Shown: positions 11,860 to 23,344, counted from the first letter of the stretch. The stretch is 64,000 bases of DNA from Takakia lepidozioides (GCA_030704615.1 CM060732.1:3162001-3226000); one strand, 5' to 3'. Numbers and translations are program-made. The notes: generated from the letters alone by a model not told the origin.

Positions 11860-14800
11860 ATGCTCGAACCTGAGAGGGGGGAGTTCGTGCACCAGACAGG
11901 AGACCTCGTCGCAAGCTCCGGAAATTATACTTCGGACGTAGGCCAATGCCGAAGGGGAGGAAGCAGATGCGTCTACAGGAGGAGATTGCCATCTCCGAGC
12001 AGCAGGCCACTCAGGCAACCCAGCCACCAGTGAGAGCTCCATGCGATCGGGCTGCGCGCAGCTGATCGAGCACCGAACCCCCCATTTTGCTTCTGTAATT
12101 CTTAGACTGAATGCTAGGAGACTTGAATGCAGAACATGTTTGCATGCCTAACAGGAAAGGTGGACGTGCTGGAGGGATCGCAGGAATCCGAAGAGCCGCA
12201 GGAAGAGTCCGAGGAGCTAGCTGCAGCACGTACACCCACCCGATCCCCGAGCGCGGGTACTCCTGCCGGGCCTAGCCCTCTGCGATTCAAAGACGCGTCT
12301 TCGAAGGGCAAGTTCAAAGTCTCAGAGATCGACTCGCGTTCTTCGATCATGGAGAATCGCCAGCAGGGGTCGGGCCCTTCTCCAGCAAAGTCGAAGAAGA
12401 AGCAGCCCGTCCCTCTACTGGCTTCTGAACCGGCTCAGGCCGATTCACCCCCCCCAACGCGAATGAAGCAGCAGGGTAGAAGACAGATTCTATTGCAGCA
12501 GACACCTTCACCTGCAAGGATGAGGAAGCAGAAGGCAATCAGGGCGACGGCCGAACAATCTCCCGCAAAACCGCTTCCACGAGCTGAAGCTCAGTTCCTG
12601 GAGGATTTCCCGCCTGCAGATGTTGGGGCCGACTCTGCTGCAGCGAAGGCAATGGGATCGACCGTTGATCTCGATTTGGTACCGGAGGAGGGTGCTGCCG
12701 CTGAACGTTCGCAGGCAGACCTCACCACCGATGAGCTAGCAGGCCCGGAGGAGGCCTCTGCAGTGGCAGAATTGCCCGCACACAGGCCCCAGAGTGCAGC
12801 TCCAGTTGAGGATGCTCCACCTGCTCAGCCACTACCGGCACCTACAGACATGTCTCCGGAGGATTTCAAAAGTGCAGCGGATAAAATGTTGGAGGAGACA
12901 CACAGTAGCATTGGCAGAGTTCTGGGCAGCAGGGTATTCCAGCGGACTCTTCGAATCCCACTCTGTCGCATGGTCTCCCTTCCCATCGTCAGGCAGGCCC
13001 TTCCCGGAGATGTGGATAAGCTCAAGTTCGCATTTCGAGAAGGGTACCGTCTGGGATCGGCAGCGTTTTACGTTTCCATAGAGAATGAGGACGGCGAAAC
13101 CCGTGGACCCACTGCCGATGAATTGTCAACGTGGGATACCCACTGGCACACTCGCAACCACGAATTCGAGGCGACGCTGAAGGGTGATCCCGACTTCGGC
13201 CATATGTCGGGAAAAATGTTCTTTGTGTGGGACGGGAATCACCGACTTCTCGCCTGGTGGGAGTACATCAAGCAGAACCATGCCAAGCACATTGGCTGGC
13301 ATTACATGGTGGAGTGTGTCATCCTCAAGGTGAAGGCGGCAGACTCCTCCCTCCTCAAGAATGCCATGGCGGACCTCAACTCGTAAGATACTCATACCCT
13401 CCCTAGCACATTCGAAATGCGGTGCCGCATTTCGGTTTCCATTCTGGTTTGATTCCGTGCTTCCGTGTACTGAACTGGAGAGTGTGCCTTGCAGGGTCAC
13501 TGAGAATGCGTACGTGCATACCCACATGGCACATATGCTGTACAGGGTGAGGAAAACTGGTCTTACTGATCCGCAGATGTTTGCGGAAATGCTGGAGCCG
13601 GAGCTCATTCAGAAAGCCGTTGCAAAAACAGACCGGACATGGTATCGTCTCACTATGGATGGAATGGTGGAGGTGATATACGAAGTAAGTCGTGCTCCAA
13701 TTTCCCTCTGCTCATCCTTCCCCAATTTCCAGTAATGTTTCCACATGAATCGAATGTAACGCTTCTGCATGTTTTTGTTGGCAGTCAAACATCAAGCTGG
13801 ATTTGGCCCATGCCAAACGCTTCTTCATGGAAAGTGAGGGGCAGGTCAAAACGTTGCAGTCATTGACTGAGCACTTGAAGGAAGCCGGTGTCAAGTCCAG
13901 AACCAAATACAAGTCAAAGCTTGTGAAGCTGGTGGCAATTGCAGATCCGGCACTTGGAAAGGACTTCATCCCCGAGATTGCAAAACACTATTCTCGGGCC
14001 ATGCAGCCGACCATGCAATTGGAGAAACTGCATCACCTCTCAACGGCATGTGTGGAGGCGAAAGAGAAGGTGAGGTTTCAATGCACTGAATTTCCTTCCT
14101 AGCAATAGCCACTCTCTTCCAGCCACTGACATTGGATCGGAAATGGCAGACACGGTGGCTGTCGATCTGGAATGCATCCGAGAGCATAAGGACAATGTGG
14201 TCTTTTCCACTGGAAGTTTCCGACCCTGCAGTGGATGTGTGGCTCAACCGTATGACTTGGTGGTTCCAGGTAATTCAAGGTACTTCCCCAGATTTGCTTT
14301 TCTGACATGAATTCCCTGAACTGCTACGTGACAATGCATTTGGGAATGGCAGGTAATGTCGAATGCAAAGGAGCAAGTCGTAATGCACACAAATTCGTTC
14401 GGCTTGTACGTCAAATGGGATGGAACACAGACATTGGAAGACTACGTGACACGTTTCAGATGTGCGTACAAGGACAACCTTTTCGCCAGAGAGCTACAGA
14501 CAGCAAGAAGGAGCGTGGAGTTTACACATCAGGAGGGAGCGGGGAAAGCTGCAATGCGAATTGTTTACAGGTGAAGCACAGCTGCCCTTGTATGCGAAGC
14601 CTGGTTACGAGGTTTGTCTCGGAAATGCGGCACCGCATTCGCATTTTATGTTTTCGGTGGCACTCTGCCAGTAGGTTGGTCTCAAGTTTTGCTCACGCAT
14701 GCTGACTGCCTTGCAGGTATATGAAATACGTGCTCCTTCAGACAGGGGCCCTGGCTCAAGAGCCCCCGTTCTTCATGGCTTGGACCGTGGCGGGCCCAAG

Positions 14801-17069
14801 CTGTGTCTACACACCCGAGATGCAGAAACAATGGCATCCCGCGCATCTCGTTGGATGCCCGTGGTACCTGGACATGTCTGGCGGTATTGTTGACGAGTCT
14901 GAGAAAGATCTGCACGCCTTGGCAGAAGAGAAGAGAAAGGAAAGACGTGTCCCTGCTGGGCCAAAGTCGGCAAAGGAATCTGCTGCTCTGGAAGAATCCA
15001 GAAAGGCAGCTGAGATGGCACAAAAGACGGTGGATGCAGCTGTGCAGGCCCAACAGAAGGGGTCGAAGAAGAGGACTCGCCAGCAAGGAGCAGCTGTTGT
15101 GACACCCGCCAAAACGAAGAAGCAGAAACAGCCTGTTCAGGAAGAGGGTGAGGAAGAGGACTCCGATGGAGACTTTGCAACCAGCCCACCCCCCCAAACG
15201 CAGGCTGCCTCCCCTGTGCCCACCGTTGTCACGAGAGGCACGAGAACTGGCTCGGCAAAGAAGGCACTCTTCAACCCCCCAGGGGGGCACCCTTTCGAGC
15301 CGGTGGAAATGAAGAGGCCGAAAGTGGCTCCCGAAACTGTAGTCCAGTGTGTAAATGAGAGTTTCTTGGCGGCTTTGGATGGACGGGCAGCCAAGTTGGC
15401 ATACATGAAGACCATGGAGGGTCTGAAGGGCAGAGCACTGAAGAAGGCGACTGCCGAAGAGCCTTCCGACACCCCAGGATTTCAGAATATGGTCTCGTTC
15501 TTTGAGAGGGTGTGTGCAGACAAGGATTGTAGGAGGGGCGGAAATGCCACCGAGTGGTCTTGCGATATGATCATCTTGGATATTCCGGACGGAGAGCCTG
15601 TGGAAGGACTGCAAGCTTTGCCATCTTGGAACAGGTACTCGGAGGACTTTTGGAAGAAAGGATTCGGGCTTGCCCGCATGGTGTTGGACGACAGAGGCTG
15701 TGTGGTTGTCCTGGCGAGCAGAGGAAAAAACACTCAGACAGGAATTGCGAAGTGGACCCGCAAGAGCGCCGTCCCGATTCTGAAAAAGAAGTGGACGTGC
15801 ATCAACACACTGGGCCTTCGGTCGGAAGGGAAGAAGGTGATTACGACACTGGCACTCGTCCATTCATTTGCTTGGGTGCTTTCAAATGCGGTGCCGCATT
15901 CGGTTTCTAATCGTTTTCCCCCTGTGTATGCAGACGAAGCAGTTCGATGCATACTGCTTTGTGAAGGAAAACTCCACCTTTGCTTTCCGGAAGGAGGGAG
16001 GAAAGGTTGACCCGAACTGCGACCCACTCGATTACGACGTTCTGTTCAACAACGTTCCCAAGGAACTTCTCCCTCATAGCCTCACTTCAACGGAACCCCT
16101 GCGGTACTCACGGACTCGGAGCCCTGCCTTCATTCAGACAATTATGGAGACATGCACAGACGTGGAGGGCACAGTGCTGGACCTCATCTGTGGGACAGGT
16201 ATGCAGAATCTTGATCTCTGCTGTTCTGCAAATTCTCGTTAGGATGTAGTTCGCAACATCTGAAGCGCCATGTGGTAATGTGTGGATGGCATTGTAACAG
16301 GTGCCTCAATGTGGGCTGGGCGGTTTTCCGACCGGCACCTCTTTGCCTACGAGGAGGATTCATCCGTGTGGGGATCCCATCTGGAGGGGCTGCAACGGAA
16401 TGTGAAGGCTCCCGACAGAGCGGAAGTCTCCTCGGATTCGTCGGAGTCCGAGGAAGACACAGTGGACATTGATGCAGAGGAGAACCCGGAATACGAGTGA
16501 GTGCAAACATTGTAAGTTTGCAAAGCCTTCTGGGTCATTTATGTCAAAGGAATTTCCCGACTGTGGTTCTCATTAGTCTCGTTGATGATTGTCATGTGCA
16601 GGATTGCAGGGTCCGGGTCGAAACATGTAGGGCCTACACTTCCTGCCAGGAAGAATGTCCCGTTCTTTGCGAGGGCCGACTTCATGACGAGCCCGGTGAG
16701 GGACTACTCCCTTCCTAGTTATGCAGCTAAACTCGCAAATACAGCGATTAGAAGAAGTGAGAATCCCAGTAAAGTAGAGCAGATTTTGGAGAGGGCTAGG
16801 GAGGACAGAAGGATAAGGAAAGAGTTGGCAGCAGCTCAGACAGGTAGACGGGTACGAAAGTACATATGTGATTCAGCGGATGAGAGCGACGCAGACAGGG
16901 AGGAGACGACCCAACGGAGGTGAGATGGACAGTTCCGCAAGGGGAAGATGGGATTTTCGAAAGCCTGGCCAACGAGCAGTCCGCTGGAGATGAGAGAGGC
17001 ACTGAGGGGGTGGAGGAGGAGCAGGACAGTCTAGAACAGGATGAGGATTCCGATGATTTTCAAGATTAA
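11860..17069 (+). CDS. Spliced ParB/Srx-like domain + beta-class N6A/N4C DNA methyltransferase-fold fusion gene (10 exons; frameshifts near 11880 and 16905)
   Basis: Exons: ~11860-12030, ~12133-13382, 13495-13684, 13785-14069, 14150-14269, 14353-14570, 14717-15836, 15934-16198, 16301-16496, 16602-17069, with in-frame GT-AG joins from exon 2 onward. ParB motif FFVWDGNHRLLAW. MTase motif IV-like DMIILDIPDG precedes motif X/I RSPAFIQTIMETCT..GTVLDLICGTG|ASMWAG..DRHLFAYEED (beta order). Confidence 0.85.
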
Positions 17070-17257
17070 TAGAATTTTAATGAAGTCTCTGTAAATGTAA
17101 ATTCTCTTCCAGAGTATATAAAGAAAATTCTGCCCGACATTCGTGACCCCTCTCCAGTGTGCATTCCAGCCACACAATCGCCCAAACCAGGACGCTCCCA
17201 AAATCAGAAATGGGTCAGGGCATTTCCAAAATTTTGGCAACTCTAAGAACCTCTTTT

Positions 17258-18005
17258 GGAAATGCGGCACCGCATTTCCAAAACAGGGGAGGGACTAATT
17301 TTTCCATTTCAATGTTGGCATAGTAAAAAGTAATCTGAATTGGGAATGCGGTGCCGCATTTCCAAAATTTCCTTTGTCCACACGCCAGTTTTGGCCTCTC
17401 CCGCTCATTGCATGGATGCCACCACGCTTACAGAGGTCGAACAAGGAGGTCGAACAAGGAGGCCGACATGGCGGGATTGGAAATGCGGTGCCGCATTTCC
17501 ATATTGGGGATGGTGGTTGTTCGAACTGCAGACCCATCAGCAAAAACTGGCACCGCATTCCATTGTAAAAAAAAAGTCGATGACGGACATGGAAATGCGG
17601 CGCCGCATTTCCAGAACGGACATCGCAATTTGTCAATTTGCAGACCCTCTCTCGGAAATGCGGTAACGCATTCCATCGCGCTGGTCGGAAATAGGTGCAC
17701 TTTTCGAAGTGTTGGACGGAAATGCGGCACCGCATTCCCTTGTCCAAAAAGAAGTTTCCATTGCCAAGCTGGAAATGCGTCGCCGCATTTGCAATGCCAA
17801 CCTCGTTTTCTGATCAATTTATAGACCCGTGTTGGTATTTCGTGTACCTGGACGGAAATGATGCACCGCATTTTCTTGTCCCACATGGAAATGCGGTGCC
17901 GCATTTCGATGTCCGACATGGAAATGCTGTGCCGCATTTCGATGCGGACATGGAAATGCGGCACCGCATTTCGATCCCGACATGGAAATGCGGCGCCGCA
18001 TTTCA
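17258..18005. repeat. Second palindrome array (subfamily-A motif) downstream of the methyltransferase gene
   Basis: Motif starts at 17258, 17342, 17479, 17591, 17654, 17718, 17771, 17854, 17887, 17920, 17952 and 17984. Confidence 0.9.
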
Positions 18006-18433
18006 ATGTCCGACATGGCGTTACTCTGGTATATTCTTGACACATGACTCACATACCGGTTACTTCTGCTTTATTCAACCAGACAGACAAATTGTAGAAA
18101 TGAGACATCAAATTGTAAACAGTGGGCCAAATCCGAGAGTTATTCAACACAATGAAACACAGTCATACAGAAGTGAGGTACATTCCAGGGCACACTCCAG
18201 GGCACATTTAAATTTCCCCCGTACAGGATCCTGGACCGATGAAGATTGGCTGCTGCATGAATGTAGCCGTTTCAGTTTCCTACCCTGCCATGCAAACTAT
18301 GGGCAGTCACTGCCAGGTGGGCCGATAGCCACTGGACACGACGAAGTCCATCCCCTCTTCGATGTAAATGCGGCGCCGAATTTCCATCCGGGGGGATGGA
18401 CTTCGGTGGCAGATCTCAAACTATAACTTGTTG

Positions 18434-19197
18434 ATGAGAAAGATGTATGGCTTCATCCACCGCTGGCGTGATGAACACGTTCCACCTCCGTCGGTGGGTA
18501 CGTGTGACCCAGATGCTCCATTTTGGAGGCCGGACTGCTCTTCCGCTTCGTATCTTTTCCAAAATCTAAGGGCTTCGTAGCTGTCCGCAAGGTCATCGGC
18601 ATCCAAGTCGTCCTCAGGTCCTCCTTTGCAAGGATGCCGTGCTTCCGGAACCGGGACGACTGCCCCTTTGGAGGCATCGATTATGCAATGTATTCGGCCA
18701 CATCGGGAGACATTGTTATCTGGTACACAGATTACACAGAAGATACTGGTTCGATTGTGGAAACATTGGTGGCTTTTGAGTATATCGTAGGCCACTACGC
18801 CTTCGAGCGGGGTGACGATCTTGGTTTGAGGAGTCCGTGGCTCCTGCGCATCCTCGATTCCGATTTTCCCAGCTACGACGGTCACCCATGCAGAAGAAGG
18901 CGCACTGCTATGCTGTTGCGGTGGAACTGCTGCCACTGGACGTGGGTGGACTCCATCGGAGAGACCTATTCTCCTCGAGGAGTGCGCTCCTCTTCTCCAT
19001 TGTATGGGGACATTCGCATTGGTGTGGACGACGAAAACGTGAAGATTTCCATATTCGATGGTGGTATGATTGAAGGGCAGGACATTGTGGTGAACATCAC
19101 TAGGGGCGGTACAACGGCTGCAATCGACTTTACATGGAGGAGCCCCAGGACTCATGAGCTAGTTCTGAGAGCAGTCGAAGTCCCATTGACAACGTGA
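18434..19197 (+). CDS. orfX1, uncharacterised intronless ~250-aa protein (frameshift near 18520)
   Basis: Three copies in the window (18434-19197, 20400-19661 plus 4927-4889, and 3890-3290). Protein-level paralogy to orfX2 supports coding status. Confidence 0.65.
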
Positions 19198-19660
19198 CTT
19201 GTATTCAGTAGGCACAGGGCTCAAGATTTGAGGGCACAATCAGCACAGTAGACGTGCTTCAAATGCAATTCATGTGGATCAATAAAAACCTCATTGTGCC
19301 CTCTTTTTATTCTATTCTGTGTCCATTGTTCCGAGAATGCGTCATTGCTCATTTCGTTTGGGATTGGGAGTGTGGGTGAATTTTGCAAATGGCTGGTAGG
19401 CTGAAATGGGCCCCCATTGTACAGAGCAGTACCACCCTACCATTCGCGAAACATTGCCTTTCAATATATAATTCTAAATAACATTGCCGAACCTCCTTCA
19501 TCGGGAGGTCCTTCTCCCCCTATGACCGTGGCACCCTAAACCCTATTCCCGCGGACACTCATTTCCGGAAAATAGTGCTGCTCATGTTTTTTTCCACACT
19601 TACGACTCTGCTCATGGCTCATGCCGCTCATGGCTCATGGCTCATGAAATAGCAGCCCCC

Positions 19661-20400
19661 AGAACTAGCTCATGAGTCATGGGGCTCCTCCAGGTAAAGT
19701 CGATTGCAGCCGTTGTACCGCCCCTAGTGATGTTCACCACAATGTCCTGCCCTTCAATCATACCACCATCGAATATGGAAATCTTCATGTTTTCGTCGTC
19801 CACACCAATGCGAATGTCCCCATACAATGGAGAAGAGGAGCGCACTCCTTCAGGAGTATACGTCTCTCCGATGGAGTCCACCAACGTCCAGTGGCAGCAG
19901 TTCCACCGCAACAGCATAGCAGTGCGTCTTCTTCTGCATAGGTGACCGTCGTAGCTGGGAAAATCAGAATCGAGGATGCGCAGGAGCCACAGACTCCTCA
20001 GACCAAGATCGTCACCCCGCTCGAAGGCGTAGTGGCCTAGGATATACTCAAAAGCCACCAATGTTCCCACAATCGAACCAGTATCTTCTCTGTAATCTGT
20101 GTACCAGATAACAATGTCTCCCGATGTGGCCGAATACATTGCATAATCGATGCCTCCAAATGGGCAGTCGTCCCGGTTCCGGAAGCACGGCATCCTTGCA
20201 AAGGAGGACCTGAGGACGACTTGGATGCCGGTGACAATGACCTTGCGGACAGCTACGAAGCCCTTAGATTTTGGAAATGATGCGAAGCGGAAGAGTAGTC
20301 CGGCCTCCAATAATGGAGCATCTGGGTCCCACGTACCCACCGACGGAGGTGGAACGTGTTCATCACGCCAACGGTGGATGAACCCATACATCTTTCTCAT
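19661..20400 (-). pseudogene. orfX1 of the outer copy, split by the inner element (C-terminus LVLRAVEVPLTT* lies at 4927-4889)
   Basis: The reading frame is open up to HELVL at the TSD and resumes left of 4928. Confidence 0.75.
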
Positions 20401-20626
20401 CAACAAGTTATAGTTTGAGATCTGCCACCGAAGTCCATCCCCCCGGATGGAAATTCGGCGCCGCATTTACATCGAAGAGGGGATGGACTTCGTCGTGTCC
20501 AGTGGCTATCGGACCACCTGGCAGTGACTGCCCATAGTTTGCATGGCAGGGAAGGAAACTGAAACGGCTACATTCATGCAGCAGCCAATCTTCATCGGTC
20601 CAGGATCCTGTAGGGGGGAAATTTAA

Positions 20627-20983
20627 ATGTGCCCTGGAGTGTTTGTGAGGAATTGCAGCGTTAGCTTGAACTTTTTCCAGCCACCGCGCTGCTCCTCCTC
20701 CATCCGGGAGCTGCTGTCATTGAGCGTACTCCGCTACTCTTTTTCAAGGATGCCGTGCCGCCGAAATCCAGCCGACTGCCCTTATCATGGCCACGATTAT
20801 GCTATGTTCAAACCAGAATCAGGAGACATCATTGTCTGGCTCTCTGTTTTCACAGATGCTGCTGGAATCAAGCAAGAGTCTTTGCGTGCAATGGAGTATC
20901 TGGAGGGCTATTACCGCTTTGAGCGAGGTGAGGGCGAGGGTCAATGCGGTCCGTGGGTCCTGAAAATTGTTGACCTCGAATAA
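20627..20983 (+). pseudogene. orfX2 5' half (paralog of orfX1), 3' half deleted
   Basis: VLRYSFSRMPCRRNPADCPYHGHDYAMF..GDIIVW aligns with orfX1 VLRSSFARMPCFRNRDDCPFGGIDYAMY..GDIVIW. Confidence 0.65.
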
Positions 20984-21114
20984 CTGTCGGAATTGGCCCA
21001 CTGTTTACAATTTGATGTCTCATTTCTACAATTTGTCTGTCCGGATGAATATACCAGAGTAACCGGTATGAGAGTCATGTGTCAAGAATATACCAGAGTA
21101 ACGCCATGTGGGAC

Positions 21115-21900
21115 ATTGAAATGCGGCACCGCATTTTCATGTCGGACATTGGAATGCGGTGCCGCATATCCATGTCGGACAAGGAAATGCGGTGCCGCAT
21201 TTCAATGCCGACATGGAAATGTATGAACCGCATTTTAGTGTCGGACAATGGAATGCGGTGCATCATTTCCGTCTAGGTACACGAAATACCAACACGGGTC
21301 TATAAATTGGACAGACAACGAGGTTGGCATTGCAAATGCGGCGACGCATTTCCAGCTTGGCAATGGAAACTTCTTTTTGGACAAGGGAATGCGGTGCCGC
21401 ATTTCCGTCCAACACTTCGGAAAGTGTGACATTTCCGACCAGCGCGATGGAATGCGTTGCCGCATTTCCGTGAGAGGGTCTGCAAATGGACAAATTGCGA
21501 TGTCCATTCTGGAAATGCGGCGCCGCATTTCCATGTCCGTCATCGACTTTTTTTTGACAATGGAATGCGGTGCCAATTTTTGCTGATGGGCCTGCAGTTC
21601 GAACAACGACCATCCCCAATATGGAAATGCGGCACCGCATTTCCAATTCCGCCATCTCGACCTCCTTGTTCGACCTCTGTAAGCGTGGTGGCATCCATGA
21701 AATGAGCGGGAGAGGCCAAAACTGGCGTGTGGACAAAGGAAAATTTGGAAATGCGGCACCGCATTTCCAATCGGCCGATTACTTTTTACTATGCCAACAT
21801 TGAAATGGAAAATTTAGTCCCTCCCTGTTTTGGAAATGCGGTGCCGCATTTCCAAAAGAGGTTTTTAGAGTTGCCAAAATTTTGGAAATGCGGTGCCCCA
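21115..21900. repeat. Palindrome array of the outer copy
   Basis: Reverse complement of 17210-18005. Confidence 0.85.
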
Positions 21901-22041
21901 TTTCTGATTTTGGGAGCGTCGTGGTTTGGGCGATTGTGTGGCTGGAATGCACACTGGAGAGGGGTCACGAATGTCGGGGAGAATTTCCTTTATATACTCT
22001 GGAAGAGAATTTACATTTACAGAGACTTCATTAAAATTCTA

Positions 22042-23342
22042 TTAATCTTGAAAATCATCCGAATCCTCATCCTGTTCTAGACTGTCCTGCTCCGCCTCCA
22101 CCCCCTCATTGCCTTTCTCATCTCCAGCGGACTGCTCGTTGGCCAGGCTTTCAAAAATCCCATCTTCCCCTTGCGGAACTGTCCATCTCACCTCCGTTGG
22201 GTCGTCTTCCTCCCTGTCTGCGTCGCTCTCATCCGCTGAATCACATATGTACTTTCGTACCCGTCTACCTGTCTGAGCTGCTGCCAACTCTTTCCTTATC
22301 CTTCTGTCCTCCCTAGCCCTCTCCAGAATCAACTCTACTTTACTGGGATTCTCACTTCTTCTAATCGCTGTATTTGCGAGTTTAGCTGCATAACTAGGAA
22401 GGGAGTAGTCCCTCACCGGGCTCGTCATGAAGTCGGCCTTCGCAAAGAACAGGACATTCTTCCTGGCAGGAAGTGTAGGCCCTACATGTTTCGACCCGGA
22501 CCCTGCAATCCTGCACATGACAATCATCAACGAGACTAATGAGAACCACAGTCCGGAAATTCGTTTGACAAAAATGACCCAGAAGGCTTTGCAAACTTAC
22601 AATGTTTGCACTCACTCGTATTCCGGGTTCTCCTCCGCATCAATGTCCACTGTGTCTTCCTCGGACTCCGACGAATCCGAGGAGACTTCCGCTCTGTCGG
22701 GAGCCTTAACATTCCGTTGCAGCCCTTCCAGATGGGATCCCCACACGGATGAATCCTCCTCGTAGGCAAAGAGGTGCCGGTCGGAAAACCGCCCAGCCCA
22801 CATTGAGGCACCTGTTACAATGCCATCCACACATTACAACATTGCGCTTCAGATGTTGCGAACTACATCCTAACGAGAATTTGCAGAACAACATAGATCA
22901 AGATTCTGCATACATGTCCTACAGATGAGGTCAAGCACTGTGCCCTCCACGTCTGTGCATGTCTCCATAATTGTCTGAATGAAGGCAGGGCTCCGAGTCC
23001 GTGAGTACCGCAGGGGTTCCGTTGAAGTGAGGCTATGAGGGAGAAGTTCCTTGGGAACGTTGTTGAACAGAACGTCGTAATCGAGGGGGTCGCAGTTCGG
23101 GTCAACCTTTCCTCCCTCCTTCCGGAAAGCAAAGGTGGAGTTCTCCTTCACAAAGCAGTATGCATCGAACTGCTTCGTCTGCATACACAGGGGGGAACGA
23201 TTAGAAACCAAATGCGGCACCGCATTTGAAAACACCCAAGCAAATGAATGGACGAGTGCCAGTGTCGTAATCACCTTCTTCCCTTCCGACCGAAGGCCCA
23301 GTATGTTGATGCACGTCCACTTCTTTTTCAGAATCGGGACGG
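22042..23342 (-). pseudogene. 3' exons of the ParB-methyltransferase gene, outer copy
   Basis: KKWTCIN, VLDLIC, GASMWAG and the acidic last exon. The last exon is intact here, without the frameshift seen at 16905. Confidence 0.85.
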
Positions 23343-23344
23343 AC

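Larger units (their letters stand above)
4928..19660 (+). mobile_element. Full-length ~14.7-kb Mutator-like DNA transposon (subfamily A) with ParB-methyltransferase cargo
   Basis: Imperfect TIRs GAGGTTTACTATTTCATGAGC / GCTCATGAAATAGCAGCCCCC. Direct repeat AGAACTAG at 4920-4927 and 19661-19668 (9 bp with one mismatch if the last C is assigned to the target). The empty-site sequence is visible in the homologous copy at ~19150-19170. Confidence 0.9.
4426..23342 (-). mobile_element. Outer MULE subfamily-A copy in reverse orientation (pieces 4426-4927 and 19661-23342), truncated inside the methyltransferase region
   Basis: Begins with terminus GGGGGCTGCTATTTCATGAGC. 4426-4927 is the reverse complement of 19158-19660. 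19669-23342 is the reverse complement of ~15770-19158, plus part of orfX2. Confidence 0.85.

Noticed and set aside
11860-17069. Bacterial contamination or a prophage ParB-methylase
   Set aside because: The gene has spliceosomal introns conserved across subfamilies and lies within MULE termini.
4426-19660. Single element with ~500-bp TIRs (4426-4927 vs 19158-19660)
   Set aside because: The TSD and the split orfX1 show that 4426-4927 belongs to an oppositely oriented host copy; the true left end is 4928.
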